A stretch of 63,452 nt of DNA, counting the filler, from Craspedostauros australis (Eukaryota): NCBI GenBank assembly GCA_030167865.1. It is 13 parts of 13 records of this genome, joined end to end, with 100 filler letters (N's around TTAATTAATTAA, not from the genome) between each part and the next. Parts side by side here need not be neighbours in the genome. Positions count along the whole stretch, not along the records: positions 43,132 to 50,180 come from JALAGF010001718.1; positions 50,281 to 52,971 come from JALAGF010001719.1; positions 53,072 to 54,326 come from JALAGF010001720.1; positions 54,427 to 60,617 come from JALAGF010001721.1; 9 more parts are not named here. One strand, written 5' to 3'. How positions within the stretch are numbered: the first letter of the stretch is position 1; each line of letters opens with the position of its first letter. Position numbers and translations under genes: made by a program. Of this stretch, positions 46,851-58,200 are shown one piece after another. Under the pieces are notes generated by a model, which was not told the origin of the DNA, searched no databases, and was given only the letters and a program-made list of their open reading frames with translations.

Positions 46851-48971
46851 ATGAGTGGGACAGTGGCAAACAAAGCCATGGCGATTTCATCACCGATCTT
46901 GAGGCAATCGGCATCAAGGCATTCGCATGCCTTCCGCCTCAGGCAACCATTTCGCCTCGCGACGACCATGAGGGCATCGTCGGTTGCTGTCATTGACCGA
47001 TCAAGTGCACTGTCACGACGCCGTCTCTCGCGGCATCCATCACTGGCTCTACGCCAAGCCATTCACGCACCTGGAGATGGCATCAGTCCTCCCGGTATCC
47101 ATCGCCCGGTCTCGGGATCTGCATTCTTCTACCATCGATACGCAATCGTCAAGGCCGTGGAGGATGGCGACCCAGAGCGTGCGGAGGAGCTGCTGTGGGA
47201 GTACGTGAGTTCGCAGCAGGAGGCATCGCCGGATCCCGAGGTCATCCCTTTGGTCATCAAATCATGGTTGGATTATGCCAAGAAGAAGTACCACGATCAG
47301 CCTCCTTCCGAGGTCTCGTTGCCAGCTGATGCAGGGGCGTCATCGCCACCGTCATCGTCGTCGCCAAAAGGCAATCCCCGTCGCCAGAAGAAACAAAAAC
47401 AGAACCGCCAACACCAGAAGCGCACCGCGCACACCCAAGATGAGCTCGCGGTACGACACAACAAGGCAACCCAGCATGTTTGCAAGATCATTCACCAGCT
47501 CAACAAGCTCGTCAAGAGCACCGCCATCAGCGCGGACTTCCTGCCCGCCACCGAATCCTACGAATACGCATTCGAGTGCTGCGTGCGCGTGCGCGACATA
47601 CAGAATAGAGCCAGCACCATACAGAGCATCGAGGAACTCATCCAGGCCATGGTCAGCAACAACGTGCTCTTCAACGAATCCATCTGCTGCAACGCCATCA
47701 AGACGCTTGTCAAGAATCACGAGATCCTCAAGGCGAACGCGCTCTTCCGCATGTTCCCGTACGACAACAGCATCATCGTCAGCGCCGCGGTGCTGCTCAG
47801 CGGGTGGTCGCAGATGTTTGGCGCGGCCGCGACGCAAGAGCGGTTGAATGAGATGCTGGACAACGAGAACATCGCTGGCCACACCATCCTGTTCACGGTG
47901 GTCATGACGGCATGGAAAGCAGAAAGACGTCCCGACAAAGTGCAGGAGCTGATGATGCATATCGTGTCCAAGGCCAACGCGGTTGGATCGGCCTACCAGC
48001 TGGATTATGCCATGTATCGATGTGCGTTGCACGCGTGGTCTGAGTCGAGGGAGGCGACGGCGGCGGAACAGACGGAGTCTGTGCTGACGAGGATGCGCGC
48101 ATCGTTCAAGGTGGACGGCTATGACACGAAACCAACAGCGCGGGACTACGAGTGCGTTATCATGAAATGGACGGCGGAGGCTCGCGACAGCGTGCAGGTG
48201 TTGCGACAGAATATCAGCGGACACGCAAATGCAAATGAAGATCGAATCGGTCACATACCTAACGAGAAGTACGATCCGCATGGCGCGGTGCTGAAGGCGG
48301 ATAAGTTGCTTCGCCAGCAACTCGACGACTGCTTCGGTACGGAGGTGGACAAGGCCAAGACGCACGAGACGGAAAAATTCGAAAGCAGGAGCATTGCCAA
48401 TCTCACACCCACAGTGCGGGCGGTCAATGCCGTCATCGCGACCTGGCTCAACGTCCGCGAGGCGCTGGGTGTAAACCCTCAACCGGCAACATCGTTGCTG
48501 TTTGCTATGCCGGTGACGAGTCTCAACATCACATCGTTGACTATTGTTGCGGAAGCCTGGGATAAGTACATGGAACGCGAGATGGAGGCACCGCTGTATC
48601 AGGCATCGATCGCATCCCACACGACGATCACATCGCGAAATGACTTGGGTTTTGACAACAGTGATGGTCACAGTTATGACTTCGACGATGGGTTTGTTGG
48701 ACACGACCATGCGTACAACCAGGACAGCGATCTGCGTGGATTCGATCATAACAGCGATCAAGATGATAATCACGGAGGCAAGGAGCATTGCAGATCTCAA
48801 ATCGTGAGCATCTTGTCAAAACTATCAAGTCTCTTGGAATCGAAGGAGCTGACCGCGCACAATATGCATCACGCCAAGTCATGGGATTCGTACGAAAGGT
48901 TGTGTGGCAAGTATGGCGTGCGACCAGCTAGCAGAAGAAGGCACAAAGATCGAAGGAGGCGTGCCGCATGA
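46851..48971 (+). CDS. Pentatricopeptide-repeat-like (PPR) protein, probably organelle-targeted
   Basis: Repeated helical motifs: FTVVMTAWKAERRPDKVQELM, YRCALHAWSES...AEQTESVLTRM, KPTARDYECVIMKW, PTVRAVNAVIATW; R/S-rich N-terminus. Confidence 0.75.
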   Translation: MSGTVANKAMAISSPILRQSASRHSHAFRLRQPFRLATTMRASSVAVIDRSSALSRRRLSRHPSLALRQAIHAPGDGISPPGIHRPVSGSAFFYHRYAIVKAVEDGDPERAEELLWEYVSSQQEASPDPEVIPLVIKSWLDYAKKKYHDQPPSEVSLPADAGASSPPSSSSPKGNPRRQKKQKQNRQHQKRTAHTQDELAVRHNKATQHVCKIIHQLNKLVKSTAISADFLPATESYEYAFECCVRVRDIQNRASTIQSIEELIQAMVSNNVLFNESICCNAIKTLVKNHEILKANALFRMFPYDNSIIVSAAVLLSGWSQMFGAAATQERLNEMLDNENIAGHTILFTVVMTAWKAERRPDKVQELMMHIVSKANAVGSAYQLDYAMYRCALHAWSESREATAAEQTESVLTRMRASFKVDGYDTKPTARDYECVIMKWTAEARDSVQVLRQNISGHANANEDRIGHIPNEKYDPHGAVLKADKLLRQQLDDCFGTEVDKAKTHETEKFESRSIANLTPTVRAVNAVIATWLNVREALGVNPQPATSLLFAMPVTSLNITSLTIVAEAWDKYMEREMEAPLYQASIASHTTITSRNDLGFDNSDGHSYDFDDGFVGHDHAYNQDSDLRGFDHNSDQDDNHGGKEHCRSQIVSILSKLSSLLESKELTAHNMHHAKSWDSYERLCGKYGVRPASRRRHKDRRRRAA

Positions 48972-49235
48972 TTGGCGCAATGGCATAGCACAGCGTGGAA
49001 TGGAATGAAATAGTACCTATCATTGAGCGTTTTCCGCTTAATGTGCTCGTACTTAATATGTCTCTCTCAAGCAACGGAGTTGTGGTATCAACACAGCCGA
49101 TGATGTGAATCGATTGTCCGAATGGGCAGAATGGAAGCCGTGCCACGCTGAAGGGTGGATGCGAAATGGTGGAAATTGGAAATGGAAGTGGAAGCAGGCT
49201 GCCGCCACTTGTTCCCCAAACTGTTGTTTTTGTTT

Positions 49236-50180
49236 TTACCAACCAAATGACTCGATGTGCAGGTCCACCTTCAGCTCAGAACCGATCTTGCGAAGGTCCT
49301 TCTCCACTACTTTCGCACCACCACAGTACATCAAGCCCCACGTCTTCATCACAAGCTTCTTGTCCAGACTCTTCACGTACGGCCTCGCCTCGGCGTTGAA
49401 CTCCCAAGGCTTGAAGGCCAAACGCAGATTCTCAGCAATGGCAGTGGAACGAAGGTCACGATTGGCCTTGGGGCATCTCACATCGGGCTGTGTCTTCAGA
49501 CCCTCCTTGTTGATACCATCCAGCTCGAAGCCGTAGTGCTTGGCTGTCTCGATCACCTCGTTGATCTGCTGTGTTGTGACGCTGGCAGTATCATCGAAAT
49601 CGTTCTCCACGTTGTTGTCGACTCCAGTCTCGGTGTCGCTACCACCACCTCCGGCATCACCATCGCCACTGTCGCTGCGACTGCAGGATGCACCGCCACC
49701 GCCCAACATATCCACCAGCAGCTCCGATGCTCCCATCTTCTCGTCAGGGACATACCGCTCCGGCAATCCTTCGCCAGACTCGATGCCGTAGATGATGTTG
49801 GGAATCACATCACCCAGCTTCGGACGACCCTTGATGATACAGATGTTCGTGTTCGAAAAGATCTCCATGTGCTCGTCATCCAAAGGCGTCTTGCCAGTGT
49901 AAAAGATCAGATTCCAGCCCTTGTGATCCAGGTACAGGTGACGCAGGAAGAACTCAAGCAGGTGCTTGTCGCGCACAGCCCACACCAAGTTGATGCGACG
50001 GCTGTCCTTCTGCGCGCGGATCACGGACAGCGCCGGCGTGATGCCGATGCCAGATGCGACCAGGATCTGGCTGTCGTACTTCTCGGCGCTGTTGTACGGA
50101 CTGGGGAACGGACCCTGCACCCACACCGGGCGGACCGTGTCTCTCTGCAGCACACGATGGACCTTGCTGGTCCAGTCACC
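49236..50180 (-). CDS. NADPH oxidase / ferric reductase-like protein, C-terminal FAD/NADPH-binding half; 5' truncated
   Basis: GDWT, VQGPFPSP, ILVASGIGITP, LVWAVRD, MYCGG, HIESFGW. Confidence 0.9.
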   Translation of the reverse strand, partial: GDWTSKVHRVLQRDTVRPVWVQGPFPSPYNSAEKYDSQILVASGIGITPALSVIRAQKDSRRINLVWAVRDKHLLEFFLRHLYLDHKGWNLIFYTGKTPLDDEHMEIFSNTNICIIKGRPKLGDVIPNIIYGIESGEGLPERYVPDEKMGASELLVDMLGGGGASCSRSDSGDGDAGGGGSDTETGVDNNVENDFDDTASVTTQQINEVIETAKHYGFELDGINKEGLKTQPDVRCPKANRDLRSTAIAENLRLAFKPWEFNAEARPYVKSLDKKLVMKTWGLMYCGGAKVVEKDLRKIGSELKVDLHIESFGW

Positions 50181-50281
50181 NNNNNNNNNNNNNNNNNNNN
50201 NNNNNNNNNNNNNNNNNNNNNNNNTTAATTAATTAANNNNNNNNNNNNNNNNNNNNNNNNNNNNNNNNNNNNNNNNNNNNC

Positions 50282-51142
50282 AAGCTCCATTATGAGGCAG
50301 TCAAGTACCTCTTCCGCTACATCGCTGCCACGCGGGAGCTTGGGATCACCTACTGGCGACCGTCACCACTGCCTGATCTTCCTGATATCCTGGTGCCCGT
50401 CCCTCTTTCACCACCGGAGGACGTTTCGCATAACGTGGATGGTCATACAACGGTCCGGTTCTCCACGGTCTATGGCTACGTGGATGCTGACTGGGGATCC
50501 GATATTCGACATCGGCGCTCTGTCACTGGCATCGTGTTCATGTTCGGCGGCGCTGCCGTCGCATGGAAGACCAGAGTCCAGCCAACNNNNNNNNNNNNNN
50601 NNNNNNNNNNNNNNNNNNNNNNNNNNNNNNNNNNNNNNNNNNNNNNNNNNNNNNNNNNNNNNNNNNNNNNNNNNNNNNNNNNNNNNNNNNNNNNNNNNAC
50701 TCTCATCTTCGAGGACAACCGAGGAGCACGCATGATGGCCAATGCAAGTCAGCCTACACGGAATTCGAGACATATTGATATCCGGACCTTCGCAGTCAGT
50801 GACTGGGTGGATCGGGATCTTATTCTTATCGAGGACGTCGCGTCCGATCTCAACGCTGCAGATGCGTGTACCAAGCAAACGCCTTCGGTTCTCTTCTTCC
50901 GCCATACTGACTTGATCATGGGTCGCTTCCGCCCGTCTTACGCTCAAGACCATGATGGGCGTCGCTCTGTCAGAGCAATTTTTCCCGCTGGAGATCTTCC
51001 AGCGTGGGGGGTGTTGGCATACGTACGCAGGACAGACGTCCGCAGCCTCCGCCTCTGAAGAGTGACAACGGAGACAGTCTCCTCCCATAAATCCATCATT
51101 AGCACACACACACACACACATCCTCCCGTACAGATACTGACA
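50282..51142 (+). mobile_element. Ty1/Copia 3' end: RT tail, RNase H, PPT and short 3' LTR (~51012-51142)
   Basis: GYVDADWG...RRSVTG, FEDNRGA, RHIDIR, NAADACTK; GGGGGG PPT directly followed by TGTTGGCA...CTGACA. Confidence 0.9.
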
Positions 51143-51805
51143 ACTTTGACACTTTCTCAGAAATCACGTATTGAGCAAATAAACTGCAATTTTTACGTGC
51201 AGTATCTCCATTTGAGTATCTCGAGGCGACAAACTCCATTGTCGTAACAGAACGACGATTCCCGACCGATACGTTCATGATATCGTTGCGATGGGACTAT
51301 CGTATGCTCCGTATTGTTGTCGCTCATCGCAAGTACTACCACCATAGTATCAAATCATACAAAAAATTGACAAAATTGTTTCCACAAAATCCCAACAAAA
51401 ACAAGGACAGAAGTGTCCCTTTGATGTGAACGGCGACACAGCGCCATCGCCACCAACCATGCCAACATCAACACCAGGATTGGCATCAACACAGAAAATG
51501 GTATCGACGCTGTCATTGAGTCCAACTATGCAGAGGCTTGCATTAACAAAAAGGCCCAACCCATGCTCTGTATAGTGCTTGGAACAACTACCTACTGAAC
51601 ACATTCAGCCACACTTCCGACGATACACATCCAAAGACGCACATCCAACAACGCAGACTCCATCTGCTTTGTTCGAGGTGATGGCAACATCAAGATAGCC
51701 AGTTCTGTGCATCGCCCATGTGTATCACAGCCAGCCAACAACTGCCAACTTGCAATGATCATGGCGTTATTCCAAACATAAGCATTGTTGTGTTCGGCAT
51801 GTGCC

Positions 51806-52971
51806 TGTTGGCAAGCCCCATTATTGGTACACTTGCCGTTGCTTGCGATGAAGATGGTGGTGGTGGTTGATCTTGATTCTGTTTGCTATTTCATTACATA
51901 GAAACTGATACTCTTGGTGTTGACTCCAGTGCTCCTGGGTGTCCTGTCTGTTGATCCAAGCCAACTATGAGTCAGATGCAGACGTGCTCCCTCTCATGAT
52001 GTTCATCATCGTCCCTGTACTTCTCTCTTACACTCGTTTGCGTAGCACTCCTACGAGATCCTACACATTCGATTCATGGTTCATCACCTTATCCTCCATG
52101 AGCATACTACCATGTGCACGTGTAGGCGCTGTCGTCTAATTCCGAACTCCTTCTTGACCTTTCAAGATCTCGATGACCAATCGTCATTGAATCTTCTTTG
52201 TTCTCTGCCGGATGTTGAGACAGCTGTTGATGTGGTGACACAATGACATTCTGTCAACGTCAGCTGCTATCTTCCCTGCATTCTCTGATTCCTCATTCCG
52301 TCATCATATGGTGGTCAGATGGTCATGTTGTCATTTTGGGTTTAGTTGCAACCTCCATCGATCCTTGCTTAATGCCATGTCGGCTGGTGGACGTACAAAA
52401 ATCCTGATCGTCTCAGGTTAGATTGTCCCAACGTCCCCGTGTGATTCTTGGGTGATTTGGTGTGTCCGAGTTTGTTTTGTTGTTCTCAAACACGAAACGT
52501 TCAGGACACGAATATTGTCGACGCTAGTTGGTCGAGTTGAGGAAAACCAATTGGATGGGCGATGCACATACATATACATCTCGGCACCCTTCCTGTGTGC
52601 ATTCGGTCACTCGAATGTTCTCGATGTGTCAAGGTACGACTTCTCATGTTCGCGTTGTAAGTCGGCCTTGATGTTCTTGGTGAATCCGTCGCTTGTGTTC
52701 TGCTCGGATTTGACGAAGATGATTTCGATGGTCTTGTTGATTACCATGTTCCTCACGTAATGATGGCGCACGTCGATGTGCCGTGATCGTTGGGATGTTG
52801 ATGGGTTCTTGGCTATGATGATTGCTCCGATGTTGTCCACACGGACCTTGATCGGCGTCTTCACTGGAATGCCGACACTTTCGAGTGGCTGCATGACGAA
52901 GAAGATCTCCTTTGCCGCTTCGGAAAGGGCAACGTATTCTGCTTCGGATGAGCTGAGTGTGACGGCCTTCT
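51806..52971 (-). mobile_element. Ty1/Copia 3' end on minus strand: RNase H (52971-52607), 3' UTR and 3' LTR (~52432-51806)
   Basis: VTLSSSEAEYVALSEAAKE, VDNIGAI, RSRHIDVRHHYVR, SDGFTK; GGGGA PPT-like run near 52434-52438; LTR homologous to 34026. Confidence 0.88.
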
Positions 52972-53071
52972 NNNNNNNNNNNNNNNNNNNNNNNNNNNNN
53001 NNNNNNNNNNNNNNNTTAATTAATTAANNNNNNNNNNNNNNNNNNNNNNNNNNNNNNNNNNNNNNNNNNNN

Positions 53072-53586
53072 TCCCGCACTGTTTCGATCCATTTCAACGG
53101 CCGCCGTTCCAGCGTTTTTGATTCGATTTCACAATTTTTACAGTTTGTTTCGTCGAAGGTATCCTACAGAACGTCCTTTGAACTATTTGGCGCCAATGAA
53201 ACGTAATCAACATTGTCGATTGTGACCCTGGTATCCGGACAGACGCCATATCTGCTGAGTAAAACCTGGCACGTTGGCTCGAAGGCTTCGTTGAGAATCT
53301 CAACGCATGAGCCATCCAAAGAGACAGACTTGGACAAACAAAGACAAGAAACACGTCAACACAAGAGACGAAAGGGGCCCTGTGTTGACTGGTGGGAAAC
53401 ATCGCGTGGCGTGGCTTCGCATCATCGCCGTTGCCATTTCCATTTCCATCGGCATCCCTTGGCAACCGCACGTACCATACTCGCTCGCCATCATCTTTTT
53501 CCATCAAGAGCATCATGCACAAGCACGTTCATCTTCTGAAGTGCTTCATCCCACGCCCAACTGGCATCTCTCATCGATTCGATCAA
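53072..53586. repeat. ~515-bp sequence present as reverse complement at 54427-54941 (contig overlap)
   Basis: Identical ORF translations on opposite strands; both copies begin at contig starts. Confidence 0.92.
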
Positions 53587-53716
53587 TTGACCGATNGCCG
53601 CTCGTGTTCAGTTGGTGGGTTGTACCGTTACGGTCACTCATTCCTGCTTGTGCGACCGTGACAATTCCAACGCATCACAACGCATCATAGCGCATCACGA
53701 CGCAAAGAGAAGCAAC

Positions 53717-54326
53717 ATGGCGGACGATTCCTACGCCTCGTTGGAGGATGTGGACAGCAAATCTTCCATGAGCTTTGGCTCCAGGGCCAACGACATGTGC
53801 CTCAACACGCTCGGCAGTCTTACGAAGCCCAAGACCAGATCCGACAAAAGCATCGTGGACGTCTGTGAGGCGAATGACACCATACCCTTCGTCAACAAGA
53901 TGGGGATGGATGCAGCCAGCAATGGCATGCTCTTCAATCTGTGGAAGGATTCCAAGGTACGTACAATGCGCAATGCGCAGTACACTGCACGAACGAGCTG
54001 AAGAAGCTCTGCAAGTATTCCAGTGTATGCATCGCGCTCCTCACACACAGAACAACATTGCATTCTATTCTCACATATTATTCTCATATTCTGTTGTCTT
54101 GCTTCACTGTTCGCGTCATCCTTCCAACCAACAATCCTGCATCCACATCGACATTGTCCACACTCCAAACACTGCAGAATCGAAAAAGCGTCTGGCGCAA
54201 AACAATGTTGGCGTCATAACAGACCAGCAACCCCAAATGGACCAAGGTGCTGGATCTGGACAACCCCGCCAGAAAGGAGAAGATGCCATGGACATGGAAG
54301 GGAAGTTGGGTGCTGCCCAGGGCCAG
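53717..54326 (+). CDS. 5' fragment of an unknown protein gene (exon 53717-53956, probable intron to ~54222, second exon to contig end)
   Basis: MADDSYASLEDVDSK... with coding-like codon usage; AG/GTACGT donor; TAACAG acceptor gives in-frame TSNPKWTKVLDLDNPARKEKMPWTWKGSWVLPRA. Confidence 0.55.
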
Positions 54327-55051
54327 NNNNNNNNNNNNNNNNNNNNNNNNNNNNNNNNNNNNNNNNNNNNTTAATTAATTAANNNNNNNNNNNNNNNNNN
54401 NNNNNNNNNNNNNNNNNNNNNNNNNNTTGATCGAATCGATGAGAGATGCCAGTTGGGCGTGGGATGAAGCACTTCAGAAGATGAACGTGCTTGTGCATGA
54501 TGCTCTTGATGGAAAAAGATGATGGCGAGCGAGTATGGTACGTGCGGTTGCCAAGGGATGCCGATGGAAATGGAAATGGCAACGGCGATGATGCGAAGCC
54601 ACGCCACGCGATGTTTCCCACCAGTCAACACAGGGCCCCTTTCGTCTCTTGTGTTGACGTGTTTCTTGTCTTTGTTTGTCCAAGTCTGTCTCTTTGGATG
54701 GCTCATGCGTTGAGATTCTCAACGAAGCCTTCGAGCCAACGTGCCAGGTTTTACTCAGCAGATATGGCGTCTGTCCGGATACCAGGGTCACAATCGACAA
54801 TGTTGATTACGTTTCATTGGCGCCAAATAGTTCAAAGGACGTTCTGTAGGATACCTTCGACGAAACAAACTGTAAAAATTGTGAAATCGAATCAAAAACG
54901 CTGGAACGGCGGCCGTTGAAATGGATCGAAACAGTGCGGGAAGCAAAAAAGTGGGAGAAAAGCAAGAGTTCCGGACAAGGGCAACACCAGAGCGACGGAG
55001 GAGGTAACTGTGTGCAGATGACGTTGTTCAGACAGAGTCATCAGGTTGCTC

Positions 55052-55270
55052 AGGGTTAGAGTTAGGGCTGGGGTTCCGGCTTGGGTTAGGGTTAGGGTTA
55101 GGGATCGAGGGAAGCAGTTGTTCAGGGCTAGAGTTAGGATTGGGGTTGGGGTGCCGGCTGGGGTTTCGGCAACTTGGGAGAGACGAGGGAGGCAACTGCG
55201 TGTGGCTGACATTACTCAGACAGAGCCATGAAGTTCCTCAATGTTAGGGTTAGGGATGGGATTAGGGGGC
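55052..55270 (+). repeat. Interstitial telomere-like (TTAGGG)n degenerate tract
   Basis: (TTAGGG)3 at 55086-55103, (TTAGGG)2 at 55244-55255, plus variants TTAGAG, CTGGGG, TTGGGG. Confidence 0.75.
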
Positions 55271-58200
55271 CAGAGGGTCAAGACCTGGAATAGATATGTG
55301 GGTTGGGGTTGCCACTGCGTACAGGACTGTGGCGAGGGTGCTATCCATTTCCATCTTGGCACCAGCAATTCACATCGTCCAATTCAGCGCTGCGCAAGTT
55401 GCATCGTATGCGTCTCGTGCATTGCAGCCAGTGCACCCACCTTGCTACCATGCTGACATAACAGACAGGAGGAAGAGGAACAAGGACCGTGCCTACCATC
55501 CTGGTTGTCGGCCCATTGCACATCGCACCGCATCACAATATGATACATCATATCACTCTCCATGCAGCAACAGTTTTGTGTTCACACCAACGATTCTGTG
55601 TGAGCACAAGGTAGAGTCACTCTCCGGAAATTCAAGAATCGCGAACAAAGCCCAAACGACGGAAGGAAAAAGAACGTTTTGGGACAAATGACCACTGCGA
55701 CTCTATTGAAGCGCCAATGAGCACTGTAGCGTCTGTGCGTTATTCACCTAATAGGTAGATTCGACATGATTTTCAACCCTCCATAACTTTAAAATGATTG
55801 GACGGAACAATTCTAGTTCTTGCCATATGATGTATTTGATGTAGGAGAAGAGATATAAGCAGTTATTTTCATCACAGAAACGACGTTCCCGAGAAAGGTG
55901 TACTATTTTCGCTCAGGCGGGTCTTAAGAAGAGCACGAACGCCGAGGTACTCTGTACGCAATCACAAACACAGACACAGGCAAAGGCACATGCATGGCAC
56001 ACGAACACCAACACGCGCACACATGAGTGAATGCACCTGTATACACGCACACACACACACAAAAGGGCGAACAGGACACACAGCAACCGCGGTTCCGCAA
56101 GGTGAGACAATGAACAGAGGAGGAATCAATCCTCCAGAAGTTATGACAGAGGTATCGTCCGAACCGCGGTACAAATTGTATCGCAGAAGAAAGCGGCTCC
56201 ACGTGTCTGCTTGAGGAAGACAGGTCGTGGCGGCCATGGTGGCTTGCAGTGTCCGAAGGCAACCACAGGTTCAAATGCTCTCTTGTCGAAGCCAGGCCTT
56301 GTGCATCTGACGGAATCACGTTCCTCAAGCGACAAGATACGAAGGGTAGACGCAATTGCGCGAATGGATAGAGCAGGTTGTACCATGGAGCCAGAGCACT
56401 TCACAAGAGGTGAAGGATCAATGACGGATCGCAGGCCACAGGAGGAATGGACACGCGCTGCGCAAACCATGACTACCAGCCATACCAAACACTTGTGAGA
56501 ACCACGCCCATAGAACGTCAACTCTACGAGCTGCTCGCACCATACGGAGTCCGCCTCGCCACGGCTTGCTTCCCACCACGGACACATTTTTCGCACCCTT
56601 CTTGTCTGTCTGTCTTAGGCGTCAAGAGGAATTGTTTTGGTTTGCTGTTGGTTTGGAAATGAAAGAAGAGGTAGAAGGAGATCGCCGCTTCCTGCTCCTT
56701 CCCGTTGCAAAAAGCGCGTTGCGATAGGTATTGGCGTGCAGTATTGTAGAGTACCATACGCACTGGTAGTGCTCCTTTCCGAACACCTCGTCCGCCACAC
56801 GAACCCGCACAACGGCTCCGGTAGAGCAAAGCACCCATTCACAAGTGCCACACGATGCTCTGTGTCTCTCCAGAGACAGAGAGAGAGAGAGAGATCCCTG
56901 TAGAGTACTCTACTCGCTCTCATACTCTCCATTGGAAGACATAGTTCGCTTTTGCGCCAATGATTGTTCAGACTGGCTTCGGGCAGGAGGCGAAACACGC
57001 GATGCTGAGCCGCTTGCGCTTGCGCTCGACGGAGAGGAGATACTATAGGGGCAGCTACGAATAGTACGCGCAGTTGAGGACGAATACCGTCGGGGATACT
57101 TCTGCGCATTGAATGCATTGGTCTGTCAATGCTGGCCGACGACCGAGTTCCCCTGGCACAAAACGGGAACACGGTGATGCGTCGCAAGTCGGTTGGGTGG
57201 TGTACGCGTACGAGTACTCGTACACTTACCGTAGAGTGTGCTTAATACATGGGTATGTACTCTTGGTGTCGTGCTATTTCTGTTTGTGTCGCGTTTGGCT
57301 TGCCAGCTTGGTGCAGGTACGACACGGAGCAAGCCATGATGCAGCACACGAGTGCAGAACTCTGCGCGTACTTGTTCTACCAGGTTTGGTTGGGTAACAT
57401 GGAGCGGGATCCTTGGTGCAACAATTATCAATCATCATCGAGTCGGAGCACCACTCATTCAGTGCCAGAACTCTACATTCTGTCAATAGATCGGACCTCA
57501 CGAGTTACGGGTACCCCATGCGTACACATGCTCGTGCTGACATGCCAGTATTATGGATAACAAACGGCCTGCCTCTTTCGTTGAATTTCTTGGAGTGGGA
57601 TCTTCTGAACGACAAAAGCGCCATACCACCAATTCAACATGATGGATCCAAGAATAGCGTCGCCTGCACGGCGAGCCATGATGGAGCAGGTACTTGCGAT
57701 TTATTCCATGTCGTTTGTATTGCGACGTTCCAGTACCATGTCTTCGTGGAGAGCAGAGCAACACGTTCTGCTGCGATGATGTGTTATTTCCTTCTCCTCC
57801 TCTTCGTGTTTCGCTCTGTATTTGTTCGGTGTCGCCTCCACCGTGGCATTGGAGGTGTGTCCGAGGAAGTCAATGTTTTTCGCATCGCGGTTTGCTTTTC
57901 ACTTGATTGGGACCAAAAGATGTGACGAGAGAGAGTTGGTGGTGGCACGCGATTCGTCGTTGAAGCCCTTGTGTGTCGTTTGTACCCCCAATGCAAAACG
58001 CCTTCGCTTTCTGAAGAACGGGCGACTGGCCGGTGTCGCAAGAGACGCTTCCACTTTGGAGTCGATCACGACTCAATCACCTATCAACGAAAACGTCACG
58101 GCGTGTTCTTCGAGGCGCATTGGTTGGTCTTGTTGCCCACAAAGTGTCCATTGTGCTTCTCCGGAGAAGCCTTGTCCAATCCATGGACAACGAAAGGCGG

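Noticed and set aside
3226..50228. Long antisense or alternate-frame ORFs (e.g. 3226..4125, 26895..27788, 41509..42426, 47352..48800, 49257..50228)
   Set aside because: Shadows of real GC3-rich genes on the opposite strand.
53072..54941. 515-bp inverted repeat as a foldback or TIR element
   Set aside because: The copies are on different contigs and each begins at a contig start; best explained as an unmerged overlap or haplotig.
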